Below are positions 11,073-23,891 of a DNA stretch of 64,000 nucleotides, one piece after another (position 1 is the first letter of the stretch; the number at the start of each line of letters is the position of its first letter). Location: sequence record LT960552.1. The stretch is one strand, 5' to 3'. The notes beneath the pieces were generated by a model. That model had not been told where the DNA came from. It saw nothing but the letters and a program-made list of their open reading frames with translations, and searched no databases. Made by a program: the position numbers and the translations under genes.

Positions 11073-11478
11073 AATTTTAGATACAACTCTGATTGACAAG
11101 GATTTCCCTTGATGTGATATAAACCTGATCCTATCGAAAAGTAGATGGCAGATGAGTAGTTCAATCAGTACGATGAGCAGATGAAACCCGTTAGAGTACT
11201 AGCAGTCATACAAAGAGACATAAGACTACGAATCACGGCAATGTGGCTCAATAAAGAAGTGAGATAAGCATATCAACACTTCCTCGATAGACATATAAGG
11301 TCACTTACCAATACGCTAAGGGAGCCAGAAATGGCACAGTACTAGTTTGGTCGAATAGATCAGTACTGAGTGGAGCAATGAGAAAACTCCGACCGTTGCA
11401 TATGACTGTGATAGAGAGAAACCGAGCAACCCGCTTTCGTTCTCCATAATTAAGTACAATGAAGTTGTATCTAAAATT
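11073..11478 (+). ncRNA. large structured ncRNA candidate (~406 nt)
   Basis: Perfect 16-bp terminal helix, nested internal helices, own promoter, no ORF. Confidence 0.7.
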
Positions 11479-11748
11479 CAGAGAAATTCACAATTCGACA
11501 GATTCCGACGACTATCATCGTCAGGTATAAAATCCAGTACACATGTGTACTTTTTTTACGTCTTTATTCCCCCTGTGGGGGGATGAAAATACCTCAACAA
11601 ATCTCGTCAGTATAATAGTATTAAACGTATTAAAAAATGAATTGAGTTGTTTCAGTACAAACGAAGTGAAGTACTGAATAACGAAAATTCTTTGACATTC
11701 GAAGAATGGCAAATCTAGTATAAAACAAAAATTAGAAGGTATAATTAT

Positions 11749-12375
11749 ATGGGTACACGTAATTTAATTGCTGCAATAAAAGATGGTCAAGTGAAAGTAG
11801 CACAGTACAGTCAGTGGGATGGTTATTTTGAAGGCCAAGGTGAAGATATTGCTAAATTTATTCGAGTTTCATTAGCAGAAGAAAGTACTTCTCAACAATT
11901 CCGTGATAATATTAATAAATGTGTGTTTGTTGATGATGAATTTATACGAAATGCACATATTGAATCTGGTATAGATCCCGATGCACAATATGTAGCAATG
12001 GGAGATCCCGCACTTAAACTTTATGAAGATAAGTATCCTCAATTTAATCGTAATACTGGTTCGGATATTTTTGATCTTATTTTGAACGGTACTTTTGAAC
12101 TAAGAGATAATTTTTCTTTTGGTAATGATAGTTTGTGGTGTGAATTTGCTTACATTCTAAATCTAGATAACAATACTTTAGAAATCTATACAGGTTTTCA
12201 AACATCCCCTTCTGATGATATTCCAGAAATATATCGTCGTTGGGTAAATGATCCAGATAGTGAATATTATCCAGTAAGACTACATACTATTGTTAGTTTT
12301 AGTGAATTATGGGAAAATGAAAATTATATGAATGAACTTGCTCAATCTGAACGAGATATTGAGGAAAATGAATAA
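11749..12375 (+). CDS. conserved phage hypothetical protein (MGTR...QWDGY type)
   Basis: N-terminal motif shared with 14409-15128. Confidence 0.8.
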   Translation: MGTRNLIAAIKDGQVKVAQYSQWDGYFEGQGEDIAKFIRVSLAEESTSQQFRDNINKCVFVDDEFIRNAHIESGIDPDAQYVAMGDPALKLYEDKYPQFNRNTGSDIFDLILNGTFELRDNFSFGNDSLWCEFAYILNLDNNTLEIYTGFQTSPSDDIPEIYRRWVNDPDSEYYPVRLHTIVSFSELWENENYMNELAQSERDIEENE

Positions 12376-12396
12376 TTAAACATATAGGAAAATAAT

Positions 12397-15300
12397 ATGG
12401 GATTAGATATAACAGCTTACCAAAATATTAAAATTATAGATTCTCCTGATTTGGATGATAATGATGAAATTATTGGGTTATCATATGATGAATATTTTAA
12501 TGTTTATAATTATACATATTTCAAAGAACATTTCAAAGATTTAGAAGTTAATGGCTATTATGAGTTTGAAGATAGTTTTAATTTTAGAGCAGGTTCATAT
12601 GGTGGGTATAATTCATGGAGAAATGAATTAGCATTTATTGTTTGTAAATTGAATAATTTATCTAGTACTTTACCATCAGATACAAAAAATTTATATTCTA
12701 ATATTATATGGAATCTTCCTGAAAATAATAATATACCATTATACAAATTCATAAACTTTTCTGATTGTGAAGGTATAATTGGTACTGAGTATTGTAATAT
12801 TATATATAAAGAATTACTATCTATTGAAACTGAATTTAAATCACATAATTATATGTTTGATGATGCGTATAATCATAATAATAAATTATTTGATAATTGG
12901 TTATTAGCATTTAAAATGGGTTCAGAAAATGGATGTGTTAGTTTTCATTAACAAAAGGAAAAATAAATGCCTAACATGGGTTATTGTATGTTCGAAAATA
13001 CATCGAACGATATGCAAGATATAATTGATGAAATGTATAACGATGATTTTGATCCAGATAAGTTAAGTATAACTGAACGTAGAGCATTTGATTCGTTATG
13101 GGATCAATGTGAAACTATGCATAATAGATTATCTGAAATTGATGATATGTTACAACAACGGTCTGATGAGTATGAAGAATCTCAACAAAAAAAGATGGCA
13201 GAACGCCCATTGGATAGTACTGATGATTTTTCAATACACACATTTACGAGGAAAGATTAATGTTTAATGATGATGAACTTAATGCATTTTATGCAGGTAA
13301 AGAACAAGGTTATAAAGATACTGAATATAAAAATCCACATATGGAATTTATTTCTGGACTTGGTGGTGCTGTTTCCATTGCTGAAGATAAATTACATCAA
13401 CAGTTTAAACGTGGTTATGAATGGGGAAAAGCTCAAAAAACTGAGGAAGATTCGAAATGAATCAAGAACCATATATTAAAACTATCCGTACTATAGAAGA
13501 ATTTCATTATAATCCAGAGTATGGTGATGAACGTATTTGTGAATGTGGACACTCTTATTATCGCCATTTTGATTCATATGAAGAAATGTCACCAATCGGA
13601 TGTAAGTACTGTCAATGTTTTGAATTTGTTGAAATTCAAGATGGAAAGGATACAATTGCTGATGCTGGTGACCAAGGGTATAAAGACGGAAAAGCTGGTT
13701 TGCGATACTTAAACCCGTATGCTCAATATGGTTCAGATGGTCGTTGGCATGAAGAATACAAAACAAAATATAATTATGGTCTTGACACTTATCGAGATTT
13801 AGGAAACACTAATGACTAATAACGAAGCACTAAAATTAGCAGTACAAATGCATAAAACTTTCAATGAAGTTGATTCACCTATTAGTTTAGATTTTGAACT
13901 ATGTGAATATCGTTGGCGTATTGATGGTGATTGTATTTGCTATATTGAAGAAGATGGTACTATTGACGACTTTGAAGGAGGAAACTATTACTCATTAGAA
14001 ATTTGTTATATTTCATATGAAGATGATGAATTTCTTCACGCAAAGGTTGACAATGGTTGTGGAGATCGTTACTATATAGTATTCCTAAAAGAGAATTTAT
14101 TGCCTAATGAAAACGACTGGTGAAGCACTTGCAGAATTGAATGAAATCAGTACAGGTTGGGAATTACTTTATGATGGTAGTCAAGGGATACCAGCCTTTT
14201 ATGTTTTCAGTAATAATTATATTAAAATGACCTATTATTATGATGATCGATACATTGCTGAACATGGTGCAGTTCGTTATAACGATGACCGTTCAATGTC
14301 TGGTGATTTTCAACATACGGCACATGATGCGTATGAAAGTTTAAAAAATGCTATGAATACATATGCTCAAAATATATTAAATCTTGTAATAAAAATGTAA
14401 GGAATTTTATGTCTACACGTTCAAATATTAATGTTAAAGTTGGTGATAAGTACCATTCAGTATATTGTCACTTTGACGGTTATCCAAGTGGTGTGGGTAT
14501 GATGCTTGCACTCCATTATAATACTCAAGAATTAGCAGAACAATTAGTATCTAATGGTGATCTTTCTTCTGTTTATGAATCTTGTGAAAAACCAGAAGGG
14601 CATACATTTAATACTCCAGTTAAAGGTTACTGTGTATATTACGGTCGTGATCGTGGAGAACAAGATACTGAATTCACTGTAGTTGATGAACCAGTTTGGG
14701 AAAATGTTTTTAGTTATGCATGGGATGGTACTAAGTGGACTATCTATGGTTACGAATATGATGAAGACGATAACATGACCGAATGGCATCGTACTCCATT
14801 AGATGAAATACTAGGTTTAGAAGTTGAACAAGTGGATAAAATTCTGGATGATGAAAGTACTAAAGTATTCAAGTATTTCGGTACTAATATGGATGAAGTT
14901 CAAACCATTTATAATGAGTGGGATGTGACGTTTAACACACCAGATGAGAAAATGACAGATTCATATAACGAACGTATTCGTTGGATGGTACGCCATAGAT
15001 TTGCTCCATATCAAGGTGTTGATGAAGATGGTATCTGGCATCATACATATTTCGGAAGAACTTTATTTGAAGCAGTAAGTAAAGCTACTGAATACTTAGC
15101 TCGTGCAAAATACTTAGAAGAAGAATAATATGAGTAATGATATTTTTGAATTTTATCCTATCGATGAACTACATGAACCTACCGATGGTTCTGTAGTCTA
15201 TTTAAATCGATATTGGATTGTTAAAGATAATTGTGTACTTCGTTTTATTAGAACTAAATCTTGGCAATGTAACGCACATGAAATGATTATACAAAATGCC

Positions 15301-15581
15301 ATGAAGGACAATCCAATTTATGAGGGTTGTGAAATTCAATTTTATCAATATCTATATATTCCAAGGTAATGATTATGACTAATGATACGTACCTATTTGA
15401 TAGCCCTTTGGAGTGCATCTATCGGGCTATACGAGGTTTAGACCGCATGGCTGACCAAGGGTTTGACTTGACAGAAAAATCAGCTCTGGATGACTTACAG
15501 GCTAAATTTACTAGCCATTCACGTGATGAATTAAAACATATTTACAACACCTATGGGGTTGTTGATAATTTCGAAATTTAA
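12397..15581 (+). other. block of small hypothetical genes (12397, 12967, 13260, 13457, 13812, 14107, 14409, 15130, 15369)
   Basis: Abutting or overlapping ORFs with AGGA SD sites. Confidence 0.75.
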
Positions 15582-15599
15582 AATAAAGGGTCATACAAT

Positions 15600-16601
15600 A
15601 TGTCACATTTTACAGTACTTGTACATATTCCATTTGAAGAAGTTCAAAATGGTGATATCTCAAAATTACTAGCAGAAAAACTACAACCATTCCATGAATT
15701 TGAATGTACGGGTATTAAAGATCAATATGTTCAAGAATATGATGAAACTGAAGAACAACTTGCATCATATGAAATCGATACTACTGATGTAGTATATAAG
15801 GATGGCGAAATTTTTGGTACACGTTATAGTGAACAGTGTGAAAGTTTTTGGAAACGTAATGGAATTGGTATTTCATCTGAAGATGAATTCATTCTCCCTA
15901 ACGGTTATGAATTACGCGAAAACACCTTATTAAAAGAAGTTTATACCTTTGAAGAATATCTATCTACTTGGCATGGCTATGCTCTTGATGGTAAACATTC
16001 TGATTTTCGTGATGGTCGTTTCTATAATTATAGTAATCCTAATAGAAAATGGGATTGGTGGACAGTAGGTGGTAGATGGAAAGGACATTTTTTAACCAAA
16101 GATGGTAAAAAAGAAGATCTAATTCAATTTAAAGACTGGGATTTAGTTGGTGCAATGGCAACCGCAGTACAAAACCATGTACACTTCTTTGAGAAGTATG
16201 AGGCATCTGGTTTAAACGAACTTGTATATAAATCATGGAATGAATGTGTTGATTTTTTCAATAAAGATTATAATGCAGCACGTGAATATTATCATTCTCA
16301 GGAGATTAAAACCAAAATTCGTGAATTGTTTAATTCACCAGAAGAAGGGCTAAAAGATTACCTATTACATGATGTTGATACATTCTATAACGTATCACGT
16401 GACGAATTTATTAAAGCACGTGTCTTTAATGAGATTCGCACTTTTGCAGTACTAAGTGACGGTCAATGGTTAGAAAATGGTGATATGGGATGGTTTGGTA
16501 TGGTCAATGATAAAAAAGAAAATTGGAATGAAATTTTCATTGACAAAATCAGTGGGTTCGATGATAATGATTTCCTAATCTTAGTGGACTGTCATATCTG
16601 A
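15600..16601 (+). CDS. conserved phage hypothetical protein (333 aa)
   Basis: MSHFTVLV...NPNRKWDWWTVGGRW motif. Confidence 0.8.
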   Translation: MSHFTVLVHIPFEEVQNGDISKLLAEKLQPFHEFECTGIKDQYVQEYDETEEQLASYEIDTTDVVYKDGEIFGTRYSEQCESFWKRNGIGISSEDEFILPNGYELRENTLLKEVYTFEEYLSTWHGYALDGKHSDFRDGRFYNYSNPNRKWDWWTVGGRWKGHFLTKDGKKEDLIQFKDWDLVGAMATAVQNHVHFFEKYEASGLNELVYKSWNECVDFFNKDYNAAREYYHSQEIKTKIRELFNSPEEGLKDYLLHDVDTFYNVSRDEFIKARVFNEIRTFAVLSDGQWLENGDMGWFGMVNDKKENWNEIFIDKISGFDDNDFLILVDCHI

Positions 16602-16610
16602 GGAAATCTA

Positions 16611-17674
16611 ATGAATAAAGGTTTATTTTTTGGTAAATTTGCCCCGTTAACTACGGGGCATGTATCCGCAATTGCTCAAGCTGCATCTAAAGTTGATCAG
16701 TTATATGTAATACTTTGTTGGGATGAAAAATTCCAAAAAACATTAACACCAGATTTACAAAAATACTAACACTGCGAAATCGATTAATGTGGTTAAAAGA
16801 TACCTTTAAACATCTTAATCATGTTAACATTTCTTATGTAGATGAAACTGGTATTCTATCATATCCAGATGGAGCATATAATTTCACTGAACTCGTTCGA
16901 GATGAATTATTCAATAAGTTTAATTGTTGTGAAATTGAAACTGTATTCAGTTCAGAAACTGAATATAATGACTATTTTAAAAACCATTGGCCTGATAGTA
17001 AACATATACTTATTGATCCACCTCGCGAATTTGTAGATATTAGTGCAACTCGTGTAAGGGAAAATCCATATACTCATTGGGATTTTTTGGCTCCGGCAGC
17101 CCACCAGCATTTTGTTAAAAAAGTATGTGTGATTGGCGTTGAAAGTACTGGTAAAAGTACTTTAACAATCAATTTAGCAAATCATTTCAGTACTCAATAT
17201 GTAGAAGAAGTTGGTCGTACTATTTGTGAACATGAATATCATTGTTCAGAAAGTATGATGAATATCGAAGATTACGTGTATGTTGCTATGGAACATAAAG
17301 TTAAAGAGCACAAATACGTAAAAACTGCAAATAAATTACTTTTCAGTGATACTAACAATTTAATTACACTTTTCAGTGCAGAGTGTATGGGTAAAACCAG
17401 TGTAGTACTAAGCCAAATGGCGAATGCTGAAGAATATGATCTTGTAATTATGCTTGACATTGATGTTCCTTGGGTGTATGATCCATTACGTACTAACAAT
17501 ACAAGTGTACTACGAGAATCGACATTTGAACATTTGAAGTTTTTATGTCATGCACATGGGGTCAAATATCATCTTATTAGTGGTGATTTTGATAATCGTT
17601 ATAAAACTGCTGTTAAATTAGTTCAGCAATTGCTGGAAGGTACATTAGATGAATGCACTAATTACGAGTCTTAA
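16611..17674 (+). pseudogene. nadR: NadR-like NMN adenylyltransferase / ribosylnicotinamide kinase, split by a 1-nt frameshift near 16759-16769
   Basis: GKFAPLTTGH (HIGH-like) in the 16611 frame, TAA at 16767; DISATRVR and P-loop GVESTGKST in the 16787 frame; pnuC adjacent. Confidence 0.85.
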
Positions 17675-18452
17675 CCTGTCACCGTCATTAGTATGGGGAT
17701 ATATTTTATTCCTTACTACCGTTTGTGGTTTTTATGTATATCGTATTGCAGGAACAAATATTAAATTATCACAAGTGTTTAGTACTTGCATTACTGATTT
17801 TAAAGGTTGGACTGTAAAAGAATATGCTTGGCTATTCATTGCCCCTGCTATTATATGTGCCACATCAATTATTATGGGCGGTGGCTGGATTGAATTTATT
17901 TGTTCAGTAACTAGTATTATTGGTGCTATCCTTGTAGCTAAGGGTAAAATAAGTTCTTACGTTTGGGGATTTGTAGGAACAGCTTTATATTTGTATATTT
18001 CTTATCAATATAAGCTATACGGTGAAACAATTACTTATGCATTATTGTTCTTGCCTATGCAGGTTTCAGGATATTATTATTGGATTCGTAATAAAAAAGA
18101 AAACAATACTGATGTTATTAAAAAAGTGATGAGTACTAAACAACGTATTTGTTTGTTCTTTGGTACAGCAGTCGCAATTGCATTATATGCAGGTTTCTTA
18201 CGTTACTTGGAAGGTTCAATGCCAGGTCTAGATTCAGCCACTGCAATTCTATCAATTGTAGCTACAACCTTGATGGTAATGCGTTATGCTGAGCAATGGT
18301 TGGTTTGGATTATGGTTAACACTGTGGCTGTTATTATGTGGATTATGGCTGTTATGCATCATCAGGATCAGGGCTTCGCAGTACTTGCAATGTGGAGTAC
18401 ATTCTGGTTAAACTCAGTATATGGCTGGTATCAATGGCGTAAAGGTAACTAA
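17649..18452 (+). CDS. pnuC: nicotinamide riboside transporter PnuC
   Basis: Multi-TM protein, LDSATAILSIVATTLMVMRYAEQWLVWI motif, next to nadR. Confidence 0.9.
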   Translation: MNALITSLNLSPSLVWGYILFLTTVCGFYVYRIAGTNIKLSQVFSTCITDFKGWTVKEYAWLFIAPAIICATSIIMGGGWIEFICSVTSIIGAILVAKGKISSYVWGFVGTALYLYISYQYKLYGETITYALLFLPMQVSGYYYWIRNKKENNTDVIKKVMSTKQRICLFFGTAVAIALYAGFLRYLEGSMPGLDSATAILSIVATTLMVMRYAEQWLVWIMVNTVAVIMWIMAVMHHQDQGFAVLAMWSTFWLNSVYGWYQWRKGN

Positions 18453-18454
18453 TA

Positions 18455-21400
18455 ATGACTCTCGAAATGATTGTTTATATGTATGGTGAAGCATCACTTA
18501 TTTTCAATTATATCAATACTCATAACTTAAATGTTGACAGTGTTAAATTAATATATTCTAATACTTCTAATACTAATACTATGGTTATATATGTTTGGTG
18601 CAATGAAGAACAAAAAGAAGAAATGATTAAACTAAAAAATATAGAGGATACTGTACTATAATGAAACTAATTGAAACATCTGAAATGAAATCGGTACAAT
18701 ACTATGGCTTTACTTTTATAGTTCCGATTTGTATTAAATTTGCGGCAGTTGATGCAGATGGAACATTAATGGGATTCCAAGAAAAACCTATAGTTGAACA
18801 TAGTTTGCAGATTTGGGATAATCCAACATGTAGCGATATGTATGATATGGGTAAAGTGGATCTAGAAGGTCAGTCATGGGAAAGTACTTTACAAGTACTG
18901 AACTAAAATGTATAGTACTGCACAAGTTGTAGTACTTTTTAATTAAGGTAAAATTATGGTATTAAACATATTATTAAAATACTTATATTTTCAACTTACT
19001 AAATTAAAAAATTGTAAAATATTTTATTTTATAGCAATATGTATGCCAATTGGATTATTGTTAAATGCAATATTATGTGATTTTATTTTTAATGCATCAA
19101 TATTGACAAAATCTGTAATAATGATTATATTATTATTAATACAAATAGGTTCAATGTCCTATTATTTTTATCAATCACGTAAGGGATATCTATGAAATAT
19201 TTTCGTGTTAATGAAACTGATGCATCTGGTATTGGTTTAGATTTTTGGGCATATTTTGAATTACAAGATACTGATGATATCGATGAAGCAATTTCATTAT
19301 TTGATGAATTGAATCATTGGGTATACTCATTAGATTGCCGTCGAACTAAAGCGGAAGAGATTACCGAAGCACAGTATAAAACTGGTTTACAGTTCAATAA
19401 TTTGTATAATAATTATCATGGTCTTAATTATCTACGTATTAATTTTAATCTGTATCCAACATATGATATGGCAGTAATGTTTGCAAATAAAGAACATCCA
19501 ACTGGATATGTTCGTATTGGTCATTTGAATTATCATAATGTGTACAAAGTGAATCAAAATGGTGATTTCATGTTTGTATATCATCATTGGATGGATCGTA
19601 TTGGAAAATTAGGTGTATAATAATGATTGAAGTTTATTATAATGATAAAACTGGTCGTGTAATGCCAGATGGTCATGTTATTCAGTACTGTACTGAGCAA
19701 GTGCAAAAAATTGAACATGTTGATGAAGTTGGATCTGAATTTTTGTTGATGGCATATCGTTATGCAATGAAAATTAATAATATCCCACATGATACTATTC
19801 GTTTTCATTTTGATCATGAAGATTATGGACATAATACTGTAATACTTGATGAAGATTATAATATGATCTGTCCAGAAGGTGAACGTTTTATGTATCCTAA
19901 TTTGAATATTAAAATGTTGATGGAATTCTTTTGATGATAACTATAATTTTTGATAAAGACAATGGAATATCAATTCCAGATGGTAAAGTGGTAGAGTTTG
20001 CTAATTCAGTACTTGAAAAAGATGAAAGTACTATTATTATTAGTCAACAGCTTATCCTTGATGCTATTCGTGCTATGATTTTTCAACGTTCATACAATGT
20101 AGATAATATAAAACTTGAAGTACATGATAATGGTGTAATAACTACAGTTAAAATTAATAGTGATTGTAGTTTAGAAAACTGGAAACCATTTCCAGAAATA
20201 CAATCAAAAATGTTATATATTTTATGTGGTGGAAAATGATAAAAAATAAAGAATTTATTATACGGTGTGATTGTCGCGATCATAGAGAACATAGTATTCA
20301 TATAGGCCAGTACAATAGTGGTGATCAATATGATGATGCAAATCTTGGTCAATGTTTAATCAATATGTCATTGGAGATACGTCTTCCTTGGTATAAGCGT
20401 GTATTGGTTGGTTTAAAATATATGTTTGGATATACTAATCATCTTCACTATATTGATACAATTGTAGATGTTGAAGTACTAAAAAATGTAGTTCAAAAGT
20501 TAGATGATAATCGTACTGATGAACAAAAACTAATTTCAGCACAAGATCGCCAAGACACTACTTTTGAGATTTTATGATGGAAGTGTTAAATAATATTTTA
20601 AAACTTGACTATTTTTCAAACTTAGTTTATAGTACTACTGATAATAAAAGTATTTTTCAAGTTAAAATCATATACCCTGATTTTGAAAAATATTTAATAA
20701 TTAATAAAATAACATCAAAGCGTGACAAATATTGCACCTTAATCACGGATAATTTTTCATTAATATATGATGGCATTTCATTTATGTTGATAGATAGTGA
20801 TGGTATTTTATTAGATAAAATTGAACCATCCATATCTGAAGAATGGTTTTTTCAACAATCTGTTGTTAAAAATTTTAGTGCAGTTGAATATGAAGATATA
20901 AAATTGTTAAAAACTGTTCATTCTAAATTATGGGGTGTATAATATGCTAAATCCAATTTTTGAAACAATGCTAGATCCAGATAAAGCATATATGAGATTT
21001 GAACGCTATGATGGTGTGCGTGGAATATTAACCATAAGTACTGAAACGCATGAAGTTCAAATAACAGATAGTTATATAAAATTGGACGAAGTACGTTATA
21101 ACCAAAATTTAGTAAACTCATATCATGGTGTTCCTATATACCGTAATTTAATTGTAATGATAGATTATAACTTATTTTTAGAATCAAATAGCGATGAAGT
21201 ACTAGGAGTATCTAAAGATGATGTTACTATTATTCTTGAATATTATAAGAGGTTAGGATGAGTAGATACAACATACTTTCAAATTTTGATGTTAATGATA
21301 TGAGAAGAACATTTGATGAATTTTATGAATATAAATCTGTAGTTAATGATGAAAAGTATATGTGTTTTTCAAGTACTATTGAGTTATTAGATGATCTTGT

Positions 21401-21698
21401 GGCATCTGTAACTATAACTAAGTACAATGAACATATTCAGTACTTTGGAGTTTGGGATCATAAGTTATCGCATGTAATCTTTGATTCGCAAGATGATGGA
21501 TTTGTTCAGATTTTTGATATTGATAGTATTTTATCTAATGATTGTTTAAAAGAATTTGCATCCATTTACGATATTGAAGATGCCGATTTAGAGCGTTTTA
21601 GATTAACACGTGAAAATATTATTGTACTTTTTAATTTACGTAGTCAAATTCTACAAAAATTGAAAAAAGATGAAACAATACAAAAAATTGTGCTATAA
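18455..21698 (+). other. block of small hypothetical genes (18455, 18661, 18956, 19192, 19623, 19931, 20236, 20574, 20935, 21258)
   Basis: Contiguous, mostly overlapping ORFs. Confidence 0.7.
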
Positions 21699-21699
21699 T
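21671..21699 (+). promoter_or_regulatory. TGAAAC-N14-TGCTATAAT promoter
   Basis: Directly upstream of tRNA-Ser. Confidence 0.75.
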
Positions 21700-21709
21700 A
21701 TACACATAC

Positions 21710-21802
21710 GGTAGATTGGGTGAGTGGTTTAAACCAGCTTCCTGCTAAGAAGTCAGTCGCTCAAAAGGCGGCTCGTGGGTTCAAATCCCACATCTACCTC
21801 CA
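21710..21802 (+). tRNA. tRNA-Ser(GCT)
   Basis: Cloverleaf, loop CTGCTAA, long V arm, CCA encoded. Confidence 0.92.
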
Positions 21803-21823
21803 ATTAATCTTTACTGAGATACA

Positions 21824-22547
21824 ATGAAAATGGCTAAATTTTCAACACTACGTCCTTGGGTTCCACCCGCTAATTTCAAAATTAATTCTTCAGTATTTGA
21901 AGAATGGGTACGTGAAGCATTGGTACAATATTGTATTGAAAACGATAATATGTATGATTATTGTGATGGTGATTTTACCGGAGTCTTTAACTTAGATACA
22001 ACATTATTCATTGATGGCTTTATCGAAGAAGGTGAAACTGAAGATGATGATGTTAACATTGATTTTATTAATATTATAAAAGAACATTTACCAGAAGATT
22101 TTTCTGAAAAACGCATTGGGGTTTATTTCTGCAATGGCTAAAATACAATTAAAAGAAGAATTCATTTTACGAGTGGGTGACACTAAACCCGTAAAATATA
22201 ATCTTGAAAAGGAAGAACATTGTTTTTCTTATTTCGCATGTACATGTGATGATGAAGATAAAAAGTACTGGAAAGATAAAATTAATGATCATATGCCTAA
22301 TTTTGATCCAGAAAAACATGCTGATATTGTAAGCCAGCTTGTAATGGAAATTAATCATTGTTATCATGGTAGTGTAAGTATTGATTCTGATATGTGGTTT
22401 GGAGTATCTACATCATGTCATATTTGGAATAAAGACTTTACTGAATATGAACTTGTTAATATATTCATGCAATGTGATGAAGTCTCAATTGGTTTAATGG
22501 CAATTATTGAAATTCTACGAAAGGTAGTATTAGATGAAGAAAATTAA
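21824..22547 (+). other. two hypothetical genes (21824-22141, 22134-22547)
   Basis: Overlapping ORFs. Confidence 0.7.
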
Positions 22548-23364
22548 ATGGCTGATTCAGGATACATCACGAATGTATTCTGCCATTGAAGACGAAGTAA
22601 CTCCACTAAAAGAATTAGGGTTTGAAGTAATACCATTTGGTATGATACCATTCACAAATACAATGACTGGAATTGATGACTTAGACCCTGATGATTTTTA
22701 TATCATTCGAGGTGGTACTAAAGTTGTCCAATTGTTAGATTCTGGTACTCCTGATAATTTAAGTCCAGAATTGATTTCGACATTACGTAAAGGTATTTCA
22801 TATAATCAAACAATGTTTGATCAAGCACATTATTCAAGTAATGGCCTTTTACCACTACTTAACAGTACTCCAACAATTTTAGATCTATCTAAAGAATCAG
22901 ATTTATATGCATCATTCAGTACTCCAAAGTTTGTTAAACCGAGTTCTGATTTAAAAGCATTTACAGCAGGTATTATGGATGAAGGTGAGGTATTAAAATA
23001 TTTCATTGAAAAACATTATTACCGCACTAACTATGCCGAAGAAACTGCATTAGTGCATGATGTTGTTGAAATTGATGCAGAGTATCGTTTTATATGCTTA
23101 AATGGTGAAGTTATTACCGGTTCAATGTATCGTAAAAATGACCAATTAGTATTAAGTTCAAAAATTCCCAAAATTATTCTTGACACTGCTGATGAATATG
23201 CATTATTATATCATCCAAGTGAAATTTACACAATGGATTTAGCTGAAACACCAAACGGTATTAAAATCGTTGAATATAATTGCTGGAATGGTTCTGGTCT
23301 ATATAAAATGGACACTAAAAAACTTTTCAGTACTATTCATGAATATTACAAAGGTAAACTATGA
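22534..23364 (+). CDS. ATP-grasp domain protein (DUF4343-like)
   Basis: FVKPSSDLKAF, EYRFICLNGEVITGSMY, DLAETPNGIKIVEYN. Confidence 0.8.
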   Translation: MKKIKWLIQDTSRMYSAIEDEVTPLKELGFEVIPFGMIPFTNTMTGIDDLDPDDFYIIRGGTKVVQLLDSGTPDNLSPELISTLRKGISYNQTMFDQAHYSSNGLLPLLNSTPTILDLSKESDLYASFSTPKFVKPSSDLKAFTAGIMDEGEVLKYFIEKHYYRTNYAEETALVHDVVEIDAEYRFICLNGEVITGSMYRKNDQLVLSSKIPKIILDTADEYALLYHPSEIYTMDLAETPNGIKIVEYNCWNGSGLYKMDTKKLFSTIHEYYKGKL

Positions 23365-23882
23365 GTACTTCATGTTATTCGTATGTTGGTCCAATGATTC
23401 TCATTCCTGAAAAGAATGTTGATGTTGAACAACGTTGCTGTATTAATTCAGATTGTTTCAAGAAATGCCACGTAACTGATGCAAACTTTTGCCCACTGTG
23501 TAGTGAACGTGTTGGTATTTCAATAAATTCAGTACCAGTAATCGACCATTATAAATGGTATATGAATTGGCAAGATATTCCAGGAATTGATCGTCATATT
23601 GCAGGTGTTGCTTTATCTGAAAATATGACACCTGATGAATTACATTGTGCGTTTGAAGATTTTTTCACAACAATTGATAATCATATTGTTCATGAAAAAT
23701 ATTGTTATAAAATCGATGATTTTACCGGTGATGATTGTGTACAGTTTACACCAAAATCTCTTTCTGATATGTGTGATGAATATCGTAATGATGATCTGGT
23801 AAAATTGTTTATCAAAGTACTTTCACTTACACTACAAGAAAACGTTGATGTTTTCTGTGGGCATAAACTATATTCACTTTAA
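23361..23882 (+). CDS. hypothetical Cys-rich protein
   Basis: ATGA overlap; CxxC-type motif. Confidence 0.7.
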   Translation: MSTSCYSYVGPMILIPEKNVDVEQRCCINSDCFKKCHVTDANFCPLCSERVGISINSVPVIDHYKWYMNWQDIPGIDRHIAGVALSENMTPDELHCAFEDFFTTIDNHIVHEKYCYKIDDFTGDDCVQFTPKSLSDMCDEYRNDDLVKLFIKVLSLTLQENVDVFCGHKLYSL

Positions 23883-23891
23883 GGGTATATA

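Noticed and set aside
11168-11195. CGATGAG-CAGAT-GAAAC resembling a hammerhead core
   Set aside because: Lacks CUGAUGA, a paired stem II and flanking stems I/III.
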